Origin: Fimbriosthenelais zetlandica
Taxonomy: Eukaryota
NCBI GenBank assembly: GCA_977030845.1
Contig: OZ365111.1
Location: forward strand, 43,028,001 to 43,092,000
Reading direction: 5' to 3'
DNA: 64,000 nt
The position numbers and the translations under genes are program-made. The notes below the pieces were generated by a model. It had not been told where the DNA came from. It did no database searches and saw nothing but the letters and a program-made list of their open reading frames with translations. Below are positions 23,815-36,117 of this stretch, one piece after another (position 1 is the first letter of the stretch; every line of letters begins with the position of its first letter).

Positions 23815-26800
23815 TTACATTGGTTGTTCATCTGATTGGGGCAGAAGGTAGTCATTTATATAGATCTTGGCTTTGTCCCTGGAAAAGTTGAAAATTAGAA
23901 GAAAAAAGAAGAAGTTATATTGTAAGGTTAGATGAGAAAGTTCCAGGATTAGAAGCCTATAATTAAAAAATGAAAGGAAAAAGCATTAATTACCTGTAAG
24001 TTTGTTGCATATCAGGGTCTAGTTTTCTCCAAGCCTGGCCCATCAGCCGGCTAATGATAGAGGCGTGAGCTCCTGGGTTCTCACTAAAAGAGAGAAAACA
24101 AAGTCAGGGCATAGACATAGATTCTATGTCTATGGTCAGGGTCAGACCATTTATATATGATCGAGTAAATAGTAAGTAGGCCTAGTAGTATATTATAGAG
24201 ATGGACCATTGATCCTGGTATATGTGGGTTTCAAAAAATAGGAAAGTTAGTACGATCGAGGCGTCTGGAAAGTAGATGTGAAGATTTGAATGTAAGGGTA
24301 TATTTCACTAACGCTCTGTATTCTTTACGGTGGATGCGACTGTACATCATGAATCCATTCATCCAGGATATCTTCCTATAATCCACTTTGCCTTTAGATG
24401 TCACACTGAAATGGATAATATTTGAATTCTAAAATTAATTCCATTTCCTATTGGATATACCAATATGTTGGGGATTAAAAGTAACTATTACAAATTCGGA
24501 AAAGGTATGCCATAGTAAATATTGGTAGTTTTCCTGTGACCTGGAATATTTGTAGCTATCATTTAACCTTTTCTCAGCTGAGGGCTTGGGTCGATTCTTT
24601 TTATCGGCTGCTGCCTTCTGTCCACTTCCTATCCACCTATGTGAGGCATTCTCCATCTTTTCTTGCTTGACTGGTGACCGAGTTGTCATTTCCAGGGAGG
24701 AATCAATCAACAACTGAGAGAAGGGGTGGCTCAGGTTGGTACTAGAAGCTACAAAATAAAATATTTATGTAAAAAAAAAACTGTAAGAAAAGAAAACGGG
24801 CACAACTTAGAAGGTCAGATGCAAGAGCAAGAAAACGGATTTTTAAATGTAACTGGTGAATATAAGTTGAAGACAGAACTGTAAAAGAAATATGGTAACA
24901 ACTTATTGGAGTCTTGGATCACGTTTTTCAGCTTGGGACTGGTAGTGTTGGTGCTGATCGTCAGAGGGCGCCTGGGTGGTGGACAGTTGTTTTGCACAGG
25001 GCAGACAGCTCAAGTCCTCATCAACGGTAGGTCGAAATTCCTTATTCTATACACGCACAAATTAAATTTAGATTAAAGTAAAATTCAATTCTTAAAAACA
25101 ATTCTGTAAAGTAAAATCTTAACACGCAGGCCAGTGAATCCAGTGAAAGAATATGCATTATCAAAATATATCAATAGCGGTCAAAAGCATTGAAGTGGGG
25201 ACCTGTCTCTTTACTCATGTTGTCAATATTGAAATATATTAAATAATATAACTCACAGAGGGAGTTGAGGATGGAGTTTTCACATAAGAGTGCATCATTG
25301 ATATATCAGTATAGTTCTGCTCCGGGCTCTCACTCTCTGTCTTGATGGCAAATTCATCAAATGAAAAACCCTGAAATAAAGAGAACATGCAATTATATAC
25401 CATGGGAATTAATGGTTAAAAACCAATTAAAATATGCCTAAACTCAATGTAATTATTGGAATTTTTTTTATTGGAAGTTGACCTTTTGCAATGATGCTCT
25501 AACGATTTTATTTGGAATATTAAGATTCAATAGGATTAGGGTTACCTGGGTGGGGTGGGCAAGGTCATTAAGGACATCCGGTAGAAGGTCAGGCAGGTCA
25601 TACACGTGAGTGCACATGTGATCCAGGTTGAGGTCAGGTAAGATCATGTGATCTAACCAGGTCAAGTCCTCCAAGGGTTCCTCAGGTTCTGGTTCATAGG
25701 AAATAAACATAGAAAACAAAACAAAATGCCAAAATACAAATTAGAGACACAATAAAACCCTAACACAAGAATACCGTACCGTATATCACAAAATGCCGCA
25801 ATAGGCTGAACCCGTAAAAGGGGGAAATTATACACAATCAAAATATAATAGTTAATACCAAATATGCAATCACTACACTTAGGCAATGATCGATTGCAAC
25901 ATTGCCTTCTAAATTTAAGTCTACCATACTGGTATATCAAACTGAATCAGCAGTCAGTCTGGTTCTTTTTTTCACCTAACCTTTCACAATCCATTTCTAG
26001 TAAGACGATCAGAGCCCACCCTGCAACTTATCTATATCCCAGACGTACAAAAAACAGCCATATATATACCTTCAGGAATTAACAGTGAAAAGTTATTTGG
26101 TATGTTACATTGCTATCTAAAATCCAACATTAAAAAAAACATGTCTGGCCAGCTGTTATCGAGCTACAGTCGGCTCTAGGGGCTTTTCTATATTGATGTG
26201 GGACGAACTCGGGAGATTGGCCTGAATGGGAGACATAACCCGTCTAAAAATATGATAAAGCTTTTCAATTCAGAAGTTAGTTGACAGAAGGGTAGGGACA
26301 GGACAGTAAAAAAATAACACTCATCAAAGCTGAACAAACTTTATTTTGGAAGTTTTAAAGCACCAAGCTATTAGAGAATATTTCTGACATTAAATTCCGA
26401 TATCGCATGCTTCTATATTCTCCCAACTAAGAAATAAATACAAAAATACATACAAAAAATATATCACAATCTGTAAAATAAACTAATACTTGTGGTCTCA
26501 AATCTATCAAGGTGATTTCTGTGATATTTTAGTATTTGTAGTATTACAAAGGCAAAGAAAATATCATAACTGCGTTTAGTTATCATGCTTTGTTTCCTGA
26601 GCAGAGCGATACATTTCTCGAACTGGGAAGATGAAAACGTTTCCCATTGAACTTTTTTTTAACTTCAAACATCGGGCAAACATCGATGCTTTAAACACAA
26701 AGATACATCTCAGATATAACTCTCATGCAAACGATGCAAACTCTCATAATTCTCACAATTCTGAAACTGAAAGTAAAGAAAAATCACAGAAAAACTGTCA

Positions 26801-29743
26801 ACTCAAAATCCAGAATGTGAAAGATGCAAAATGCCATTGGCCCAACAAAAAATGCAATTAATCCAAATGTATGGAACATGAGGAAGAACTCCTTTGTTCG
26901 ATCAAGAGTGTACCTTGTAGTTTGACCAGTGGAAACTCTGAAGGAAGAGCTGATGCCTGATCAGGAGATAGGTGGGGTGGAGGGGGAGCAGGCAGGACTG
27001 GTAGAGGTACTGGTAGGTCTGGAGGAGGAGGAGCAGGGAGGATGGGAGTGTAGGATGACAGTAGTGATAGGACTAGATCCTTATCAGGGGGCTTCACAAC
27101 GGAGCTTGGTTTCCTGTAAGAATATAAATTAATTCTTTAATATTAACTATTCTATCACGGATGAGATATAAGTACACTTTATATATATATATACTGAACA
27201 TTCAACACTTGTTTGATAAAAACTTCAATACACACAAGTATTAAAATATGGAAAGTATCAAATCATTGTAGCCATAGATAATTTTGCAAATAGTTTACAT
27301 TAATAATTTATATTAACCCAACTTTTCACTAAACTTTCTCAATACAGAGGTTTAACTGTATTAGGAATTTTTGACAGACAAATATTGAACCGATTCCTTG
27401 TAATTTATCAAGTAATGGTAGTTCTTTCTAAGATGCTACTTCTATGGTGGCATAGTTACCTAGACTTGACCTTGTTTTTAGTGTTAGATTTGGAGGGATG
27501 TGTGACATTTGAATTGTGAGATTTTTCTGCCCACTCATTCTTCTTCTCCAAATGGGGTTTTAAGTATGGAGGTGACGTCTGAAAGAATCGACAAAATTAT
27601 ATTAAAAACATATAATCAGAGCTAAAATTTCAATGGTAAGCGCTTCATTCATTGGGATAAATTTGTCTGATGTCCTATGCAACAATTTACCTTGTGGTGA
27701 GTATCCTGGATCGGTTGGTGGTGGGTGGCCTTGGAGATACATTTCCATTCATCTGAAAAAAAAACCACAAAATAATCATGAATACTGAAAGAGATAAAAT
27801 GTTGACAATGATGGGAAAATACAAGGCAATTATTATAAAGATGGGCCTAAATAAAAATGTCTGCCAAAGCTCTTGACGAATCTCAAAACCTCTGTAAATG
27901 GACTTAGCTTTAGTGATGGCTCATTGCCATACCTACACGTTTCGGCTTACCGGCTTTTAATTAGTTTTTTTCTTAATAACTTACCAGCGTTTTTACAGAT
28001 GTGAGGGGAGAGGAAGAGGTGCTTGTAATCTAGAGTGACGCCGCTCTCATCACAAAGCTTCTTGACATTCTTTTCAAGATGACAGATATAATTTATGATG
28101 CGCTGAAGTTTCACAATCTGAAAATAGGACATTTTAAATTATTTCAATCACTCGCTTATTTTGTTCGTCATATGAAATATAAACATGAACATATCTTTAA
28201 TAGTAATAGTAGTACCCTGGATCTTTTTAATAGTAATTTTCCTGATTCGAGATAATTATAAAATTTAATGAAAATAAGCTGGTGCCTCTCACTTATCGTA
28301 CCTTTGTCTCCCTGTGATCGACGTCAAAACCTGGGATTCTCTGAGAGATTTCTTTGATAGAGGCGTTCAAACCATGGTGGCGATGTCTGGAAAAACATAA
28401 TTTCAAAAAGCAAATTGCTGTGCCGAAATGGAAAGTTTGGACAGAAGTTTCCAATTGGACTGATTTCTAATTTACATCAAAACAGGGGGATATCGAAGGA
28501 TAAAATAACGAAATTTAATGAAACAATCATTCAAAAATTCCATTATAGGCTGGTATTCGATAGTTGATTTAAATTTTTTTTTGGAGGAAGTTGAGATAAT
28601 TTTAGGTACCTTTCACTTTCCCTGTGTTGTTGCATGAGTCTGGTGAGCGTGCGTGGCGTCCTCTTGCGGCCGTGTCCGTACCTCTCCTGTAGAGCGCGGG
28701 AGACAGCAGGCGACCAGCCTAGAGGTGGATCACCTGCCTCATCCACCTCCACCTGAACATAGGAAACATAGTCAAATACATTCAAATCTACCGTATTTGG
28801 CGGACTATAAGCTGCGACTTTTGTATGAACTTTTATACAAAGCAACAGTTTATATATTTTAACATGAGCGGCCAGGGGGTGCGGTTTATAGTCAGGTGCG
28901 GTAGACAAATACGGTACTACCACCAACAATTATAGTAGAGTAGTATACTTAACTATTCTTGCTACAACATTTACAACCACCACCAACGACGAACCCCCAA
29001 TTTTGAAATTAATAAGTAGGGAAAGCGTTTGACAATCTTAACACCTCCTCAGACAACAGATCTTAGACACAATACTTTGCTAATGAACTTAGTAGTGGGG
29101 TCCCACAGGGACTGATCTTAGGCCCATGCATTACTCTGCCTAATTTTACAGACAGTAGGGCTTATATAGCTATTTTTTCCAGATACGCGACTGCGAAATG
29201 TCCATTATAAGGAGGCCTTACTGTAGCATCTTATATATTTCTGTCTATTATTATATAGTACAGTAACAGTGGTTTATTTGGCACCATCTGAAGACTATGA
29301 TTGTTACCGCGCCAGTTGGCTGTCTGCCCTCCCATATCATCCCATACCATATCTTAATGACCTATAGCATATTCATGTCATGCTAGGAAGCGCCTTAAGT
29401 AAAAGTATAGCATAAGATCATAGGTCTTGGGTCTAGTGGGTGCAGCCAGTCATAATCACAACATTTTCAAAATAATATTTTATATAAATTTAATCTAGTT
29501 CAGTTTTACTTAGCAAGATGTCTGAAATATATATTTCAAATCTGTATTTCATCTGTATACCTGTATTTAGAATCTGTATATAGAATGTGGCGATTAAAAT
29601 GCGGATTCTATGAGAAAATGTAATTAAAATGAAAAATTTACGAGTTAGCCCTATGGGTCGTGGGGATGATATAATTTAATTTATATCTGATTGGCAATGG
29701 GAATCAGGATATAACTGGAACGCACCTTAATCCCCACCTCCAT
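23815..29743 (-). CDS. MEIOSIN: MEIOSIN/BHMG1-like bHLH + HMG-box transcription factor, 14 coding exons, about 522-531 aa
   Basis: Phase-consistent GT-AG exons: 29726-29743 (MEVGIK, 5' end uncertain), 28610-28752, 28302-28386, 27985-28117, 27691-27752, 27460-27578, 26914-27113, 25546-25688, 25257-25370, 24923-25046 (weak donor gtgatc), 24568(or 24541)-24748, 24313-24405, 23994-24083, 23815-23878. bHLH: HRESERHRHHGLNASIKEISQRIPGFDVDHRETKIVKLQRIINYICHLEKNV. HMG box: WMNGFMMYSRIHRKEYRAENPGAHASIISRLMGQAWRKLDPDMQQTYRDKAK, which resembles the human MEIOSIN HMG as recalled (NGFIMFCRMNRKQYIR..PG..S....K.LAQLWR..Y..KA). The two-domain architecture is seen directly; orthology is inferred. Confidence 0.85.
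28791..28914. mobile_element. pogo/Tigger-type MITE with TA target-site duplication
   Basis: TA|CCGTATTTG...GACTATAAG...TTATAGTC...CAAATACGG|TA in an intron of the MEIOSIN-like gene. Confidence 0.7.
29022..29126 (+). mobile_element. Degenerate non-LTR (CR1/L2/RTE-like) reverse transcriptase fragment
   Basis: Encodes KAFDNL (29022-29039) and SGVPQGLILGP (29094-29126), both RT signature motifs. The spacing is shortened, implying a deletion. Confidence 0.5.
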
Positions 29744-32661
29744 TTATAATCCCATCCCAGGGGAAGGAAAAACTGACATCATAAAGCACACAGCCAATTA
29801 TCAGTAATAATACCTTTAATATTGAATATTGCTTAGGTTCCATTTTTACACACTGGCGGTGCAGCGAGGGGTGCTGGCGGTATGGGGGATACTCCCAACA
29901 CCCTGCATGCACCCCTCCACTAATTTAAACAGTGGTGGGAGAGGTGGAGGAGAGAGACAGAGAGTAGGTACTGGTCTATAGGTAGAGAACTGAATAGTCC
30001 ACTACTGGAGGTGGAAGGAGCAAGTGGTGTCACCAACCACTATATAGACGCTCACAGTTGGCACAGGTAGGTTCTTTATATATATAAACCCCAGTCTAAT
30101 ATATACACTGGAGGACTCACCTATACAGCCCTGGGTTACATGGGTAGTGCTCACTTATGCTATACACCTGTGCATATCATGGGTACATGGATTTAATATC
30201 AAACAGGTGCTGGACCCTATAGCTAAATAAGGTCCATATAGGGCCTGTTTCAAAATCAATTGGTCATAATAACACCGCCCCAAATAATGGAATTAAATGG
30301 TTTAATATTTTAATTGAATTTCCCAATTTTTCATTATATTGGCAGCCATAAGGTTCAACCCTAACTGTTGAGGGATTTAAGGTGCAGAGATAAGTTGTTG
30401 GAAACTTTGACTGAAGTATGTAAACAGTGTGGGATAGTGTAGTGATAGGCCTAGTAGATACCAATATTATTCATTCACAGATAATGTGAACAGTGATTCA
30501 TTCATTCTTTGATATCTTAACGTCAATTAATGTCATGTTTAGCTATTTATAATAATTAATATGCTTATAGACAGACACATGAGATCTTCAGCTGGTGAAA
30601 ACATTTATCTTTCATTTCAATATAATTTATGAGATAAAGATCTTATCAATTTCAGAAATTGACAGTAATAGGTCATAAATGAAATTATTTATAGCAAAAA
30701 AGAATAGTATGAAAATATTCTATTAACACAGAGACACTGCCTATTATAGTGACATCTTGAAATTTTAATTGAAAGATTCAGAACAAGTTTTATATTATGA
30801 GAAATTTCTGTTAAAATCTTCCCCCGTTTATAACATAATATCGAGACATGTAGACATCCAATTACTTGCGGAGGATTGCCTATTTATTGTCGCTTTCTAT
30901 CGGCTTCTTACCCTCCCCTCCCCACCCCATCTTTTCTTCCTGCCCACGCCCCCAGCCCGGGTATCGGACTACTCGTGTTATGGGGGTAATTCCCCGCCCC
31001 CTCGTGTTATGGGGGTTATCCTCTGACTCCGCGTGTTATTGGGATATTTTGGTTCTAGGTCATTGCTCTACAGTTGCTGATCAATAATAGGATTGTTTTT
31101 ATGGCTTGGATCATGGTTTCGATTGACGGTGCTCACTATATTATTCTACATTCCCAGAAAAAATCACGGCCTTCAACTGTCCAGAATCAGTATAATATTG
31201 ACAGAAAATGCCGCAACGATAGTTTAGAGGGGAATAAAAGGAGGGAGAGGGTGGGGGTACGGGGTTACTGCCTTTAAAGGCCCCAAAAATCATTTTAGCG
31301 ACAAAACAAAAGTTTGCCCCACCCCGGAATCTGACCAAGGCAGACATATTTATGATAGGAATTATTTTTATAGTGTACAGACATATTTGATAGTGTAGAG
31401 ATCTATTGTCGGGGGTATATTAGCTTTGGATCAATGGTTAATTAAGTGAGAGACTATATTTCCCCCACACTGCGTTCTCCATTAGTGTCTGGCTAGATAT
31501 CTGAAAAAATAAAGAGATTTGATGCGGCGACACGTTTAACTGGGATTGGGAATCTCTGATATCAATTTTTAATATCAGAAAAGAGTCAGCCAGATTAAAA
31601 ACTTGATTCCTTTAGGAGGTGTGACTCAATATTATGGATCACCAGTCTTGTCACAGGTGCCCTTTTCGGACATTTTACATGAATTTTTCTTCTTGAATTT
31701 AGATGATCATTTCCATATTTTATCAGTTTTGTTAGCTGAGTACCGTTTCTCCTGTGAAGCATCTTCATCAGATAAATCAGATAACAAAAGAGGCGGGGAA
31801 AGGTGGGTGGGGGTGGAGGGCTGCAGGAAGCCCTTCGTTAAATATTATCCCATATATCCAGGGTTTCGGTATTAATCACCATCCCCAATGACCATAATAA
31901 TATATGGAATAACAAAGATCCACAAAGAATTAAATCTGCAGGGTAGTACACCTGCATGTAATTTGACATGGGGAAATAACAGATAAATCCCCAAAAGTTA
32001 TTCAAAATCTTAAAGGTATACCTTTCACAATGTAAAAGCTTTCTTCTGTCTGTGTTTGTGTCTGGACACGGACCAGTTCCCCCATATGTAACAAACAATA
32101 TAATAGGGATCGAATAGACCTGGGTGAATAGAAGTGAGTCAATTGAAGCCGTCAACAACTGACAACTACAAATGCTTCTCGATTATCCCTCTGTGAAAAA
32201 CGATAGAAAACAGATAGTGGATTCTGTGGTGTGTAAGACAGAGCCCACAGAGGTAATTATACATCCGATTTCCATCAGATTTCTCACTTCGTTTAAAACC
32301 CAATAATGGACTTTGGTGAATATTTGGTTAAAGTCCAGTCAGGCAGCAATGTTTCGGCTATCGCATGCAGGTCGAGAAGGAAACACGCTATCCGCACACA
32401 ACTCGCACATTTCTCTAATGCTTCAGCCTCTCAATATGCCTCACACCACAGACAGTGGGAGGCAAAGGTTGTCTTTGGATATTCCAGTTAGCAGCACTGG
32501 ATATTCAAAACCTAATGCTGGTAATCTTAATAGTGAAAGGCCAAGTGACAAAATGTAAATCATTAGCAAGCGACAATTCTGTCTAAAATAGGTTTAGTGT
32601 AGCAAGTCACTTTATTCATGTAAAAAAAAAATTTAACTTCTAAAATCACCCATAAACTTAC

Positions 32662-32763
32662 CTGAGAGGAGTGGGGATGTTTTGAGTTTGTGTGAGTACC
32701 TGGGGAGACATGGTGTGAAATCCCACCCCTCTCTGTTCCACAATTCGACTCCAAACCATTGAG
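32662..32763 (-). CDS. Candidate upstream/alternative exon of the MEIOSIN-like gene
   Basis: Acceptor cggccttcag, strong donor CAG|gtaagt, 102 nt, open in phase 0-0 (LNGLESNCGTERGGISHHVSPGTHTNSKHPHSSQ), compatible with exon 28610-28752. Confidence 0.3.
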
Positions 32764-33380
32764 CTGAAGGCCGCACATTTTTAATTTCTCAAAATTTATT
32801 GTTCTCATGCTTGTTGAAGCATTTTAAAACGTATGTTTATTCTTAAAATTTAAAAAATAATTGTGTTTGTTAAACAGCAGTACCTTACTAATTTGTATAC
32901 CCATACTAAAATACCACATTTAAAAAATTTAAATTGACAAAAAAATAGTACATGTATTTACTAATGTAAAATATTGAAGTAAACTATCTAGAACCAAGGC
33001 TAAATATAAGATCCTTAAGGTCTAAAAAGGAGACTAGACTTGAGCTGTTGGTGTCCCAATACCCATCCCAGCCAATCCCCTAAGAATGAATTTTAAACAA
33101 GTTCTGGAAACTTAGTTGTATACATGGCCATAAGTATCCCCAACACGTGTCAGGTATAGATCTACCGCAGCATAATATGGATATTTAATGGTGGGAGGGG
33201 AGGGGTACAGGATATAGTCGCTAATATTGATTGGGTCCATTCTCTCAGGCTTGTCCATGGAGCCTGAGGCTAGTAGTCCATGGAGTGCCTGGAGTAAGCT
33301 TCATCAGTATTTCATAGAGCGTCCCTATATTATATCTATGACCCCTCCATGCCCTCTATTGCCTCCCTTTCCCTCTATCT

Positions 33381-33466
33381 TCTCTCTCTCACCCTCCCTC
33401 TCTCTCTCTCTCATTCTCTCTCTCTCTCTCTCTGTAGCTCTCCCTCCCTCTCTCTCTCTCTCTCTA
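33381..33466. repeat. Imperfect (CT)n tract
   Basis: Visible dinucleotide run. Confidence 0.9.
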
Positions 33467-33802
33467 GCTCCCCCTGCCACTGAGATTCCTACATCATTCA
33501 GTGGTGTAATATGGGTATATATAGGTCTAGTGACCACTGTATCTATCCTATTATTTCATAATTTACCACAAGATAGGCTAATCCATCATGATACCCCATT
33601 TTCATAACTTACTACTTATACAGTCCTGCTTAATGTACATGCACATTTCTTTGGCTTCAACTTATTTATTCTGTGATTTTTCGGTAAAATGTGAACGGTT
33701 TTCGGCAAAGGCAGGTCGATTTCATACATATCCAGCTTAATAGAACAGAGAATACAAAAACATATATATAATGGCCAGAGAGTAACATCTATTATAGATA
33801 TA

Positions 33803-33868
<66 letters not shown>
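33803..33868. repeat. (GATA)n microsatellite
   Basis: About 16 perfect TAGA units. Confidence 0.95.
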
Positions 33869-33869
<1 letters not shown>

Positions 33870-34506
33870 TAATTTAGCTTTATAAATTGTAAATAATTTA
33901 AAATTTCATATCGTACGACAATATGAATTTGATATAAATCAACCCCCTTCCTCATATATATATCACACTGCCTGCACACGTGGCAAACTGCCATTGTAAA
34001 AAGGTATTTATTATGCGTGAACAATATTGCCATATCATATAGGCTTGTTCTGGCAAACCTGGCTTAGATTTGACTGAATATTCATTATAAAAATCGAAAA
34101 AATATCTTTAATGAACGAGAGGGAGATTCACTCCTAACCTTGGGTCAGGCGGACCCTAAGTTATTTGAAATATTAGGGTCCGTCCAAAAAATATAACAAA
34201 TTCCATTCATTTTGATTACGATTAGGCCTATCCCGGGCGCCAGTCCGGTTATATGAAGCTACACTCCCTGCAGAACTCGTCAAGGATGACTGTAACCTAG
34301 AATTTATAATGACATATTGTGGTGCAATACTTCTTTTCACAGCTATACGCCGGTGATATATCCGGGTGATATGTCTGAAGAATTGTGCAACATTCCCTCT
34401 GTATATAAACATGTATAAGCATGCTGTACACATGCATATAGGCTATATAGCAGTAAGCTTCGGAACCAGTTGAGAGTTCCTCATTCACAAAAGAGAAACC
34501 ATCGAT

Positions 34507-36117
34507 ATGGCCGAGTGTGGAACAGCTGATAGCATGGAGGGTATCACCCGATCACCTGATGGACTTGTATGTCTTTCCCCACACAGGTGAGCTACCATGT
34601 ATATAGTACTTATATAGGGGATCCACCCCTATACCCAGCAGGGAAGCAGCATGGTCCGATCATAATACATGTAGTCTGTACATTACAGTACAGTGCTGTG
34701 CTCAAATCCAAATTTAGGAGCTGTCCCCAGTCTAATTCGATAAACTATAGAATAAATTGAAATACATGTACATGTCTCAGATGATTTCCTGTGGTTTTTG
34801 CCTTTTAGATACATGTATTTTGATTGTTATTTTGATATTTTGATTTTGATATTTCGATTGTTTATCTAAGCAAAATTATGTCCTAAAACCTTTGCGCATA
34901 AGACCTTGTGCTGTAGGCTATTATTTATCTATAGCTCAAGACAATATGCACAACATTCTATCTCTGTTATCCATTTTATGGATGAAGTAGTATATGAAAA
35001 TGTGAACTAGAAATGACTAAATCTACCATATTGCTACTTTCTAACTTATTTTAAATGTATTGAATTCATATATTATCTTTATTGATAGCTAGATGAGAAT
35101 ATATTGAATACTGTGATGAAAATGACGACAATTAATGTAATTAATTTAATAATTAATTTTAAAATTTGTTTCAGGATTGACAGGTTGAAGAATGAGCTGG
35201 CGGAGCATGGAGTGGCCGTGGTACCGGGGATACTAACAGAATCTCAATGTGACGACTACATCACTGAGGTTCACCAGTGGTTGGCCAGGTTTGGTCAAAA
35301 CAGTTTCCCTGACAATGTGGGTTCCATCATCCACAAGTACAACATCGCCCACCTCACCCCAGCATGGCACGCTCGACTCCACGCAGTTCCTGTTTTCGAA
35401 GCTTTGTGGGGCACCGAAAAACTAGTGAGCAGCATAGATGGCATGGCCATTGGTCAACCTCCAGAGCTCGGGGCGGAACACTTCGACTCAGGGAAGGATC
35501 TAAATCTCAATTTACACCTGGATCAAGGACCCAAAAAGATAGGCCTCCATGCCTACCAAGGTGCGGTGTACCTGGAAGAAGCCCTGGAGGACGATTGGTG
35601 TTTTGTCGTTATGGATAAATCTCATGTTTATCATCCCGACTACTTCGCTCAACGGGGTCCCAAACCGCCCAGATCTGAATTTCTCAAGTTAACGCAGAAG
35701 GAAATTGACTGGTATATCCAACAGGGATGTCCTGTCCGGAGGATCGCTGTTCCCAAAGGTGGAATGGTGCTCTGGGATTCCAGGACCGTTCACTCCGGTG
35801 CGAGGCCTAAGTTGAACAGGGAGAATGCAGGACGGTGGAGGTATGTTGCGTTTGTTTGCATGGCACCTGCTATATGGGCTTCAATAGAAGAAATGGCCAT
35901 CAAAAGAGATGGATACCATCAACTCGGATGTTCAAGGCATTGGCCAGCACTAGGTTTCTCTCTGTTCCGTGAAAGAAATACGCCTGGATATCTAAAAGCT
36001 GTTCATGAACTGCCAGCAATTGCATTGACTGAAAAAGCCAGGCTTCTAGCTGGTGATTTAGAGTATGAAATAGATGGGAAACCTAAAGGTCCAGCAAAAC
36101 CTAAAATTCTTACTTAG
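34507..36117 (+). CDS. Phytanoyl-CoA dioxygenase (PhyH)-family Fe(II)/2-oxoglutarate dioxygenase, 2 coding exons, about 340 aa
   Basis: Exon 1 is 34507-34586 (MAECGTADSMEGITRSPDGLVCLSPH, donor AG|gtgagc, phase 2). Exon 2 is 35175-36117 (acceptor tgtttcag, phase 2). Motifs: N-terminal ELAEHGVAVVPGIL; HxD in LHLDQG; YQGAVYL; KSH (GSH-equivalent); VPKGGMVLWDSRTVH (distal His); RWRYVAFVCM (2OG-binding Arg strand). AATAAA near 36332. Confidence 0.88.

Noticed and set aside
33227-33607. ORFs over CT/GA/GATA tracts (also 33737-34033, 40628-40966, 42495-42755, 44108-44680)
   Set aside because: Open only because simple repeats lack stop codons.
29700-34500. Retinoic-acid response element upstream of the MEIOSIN-like gene
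   Set aside because: Only isolated RGGTCA half-sites were seen, with no DR2/DR5 pair.
35364-35618. 84-aa overlapping ORF in the PhyH exon
   Set aside because: Alternative frame of a GC-richer coding exon, with no independent support.
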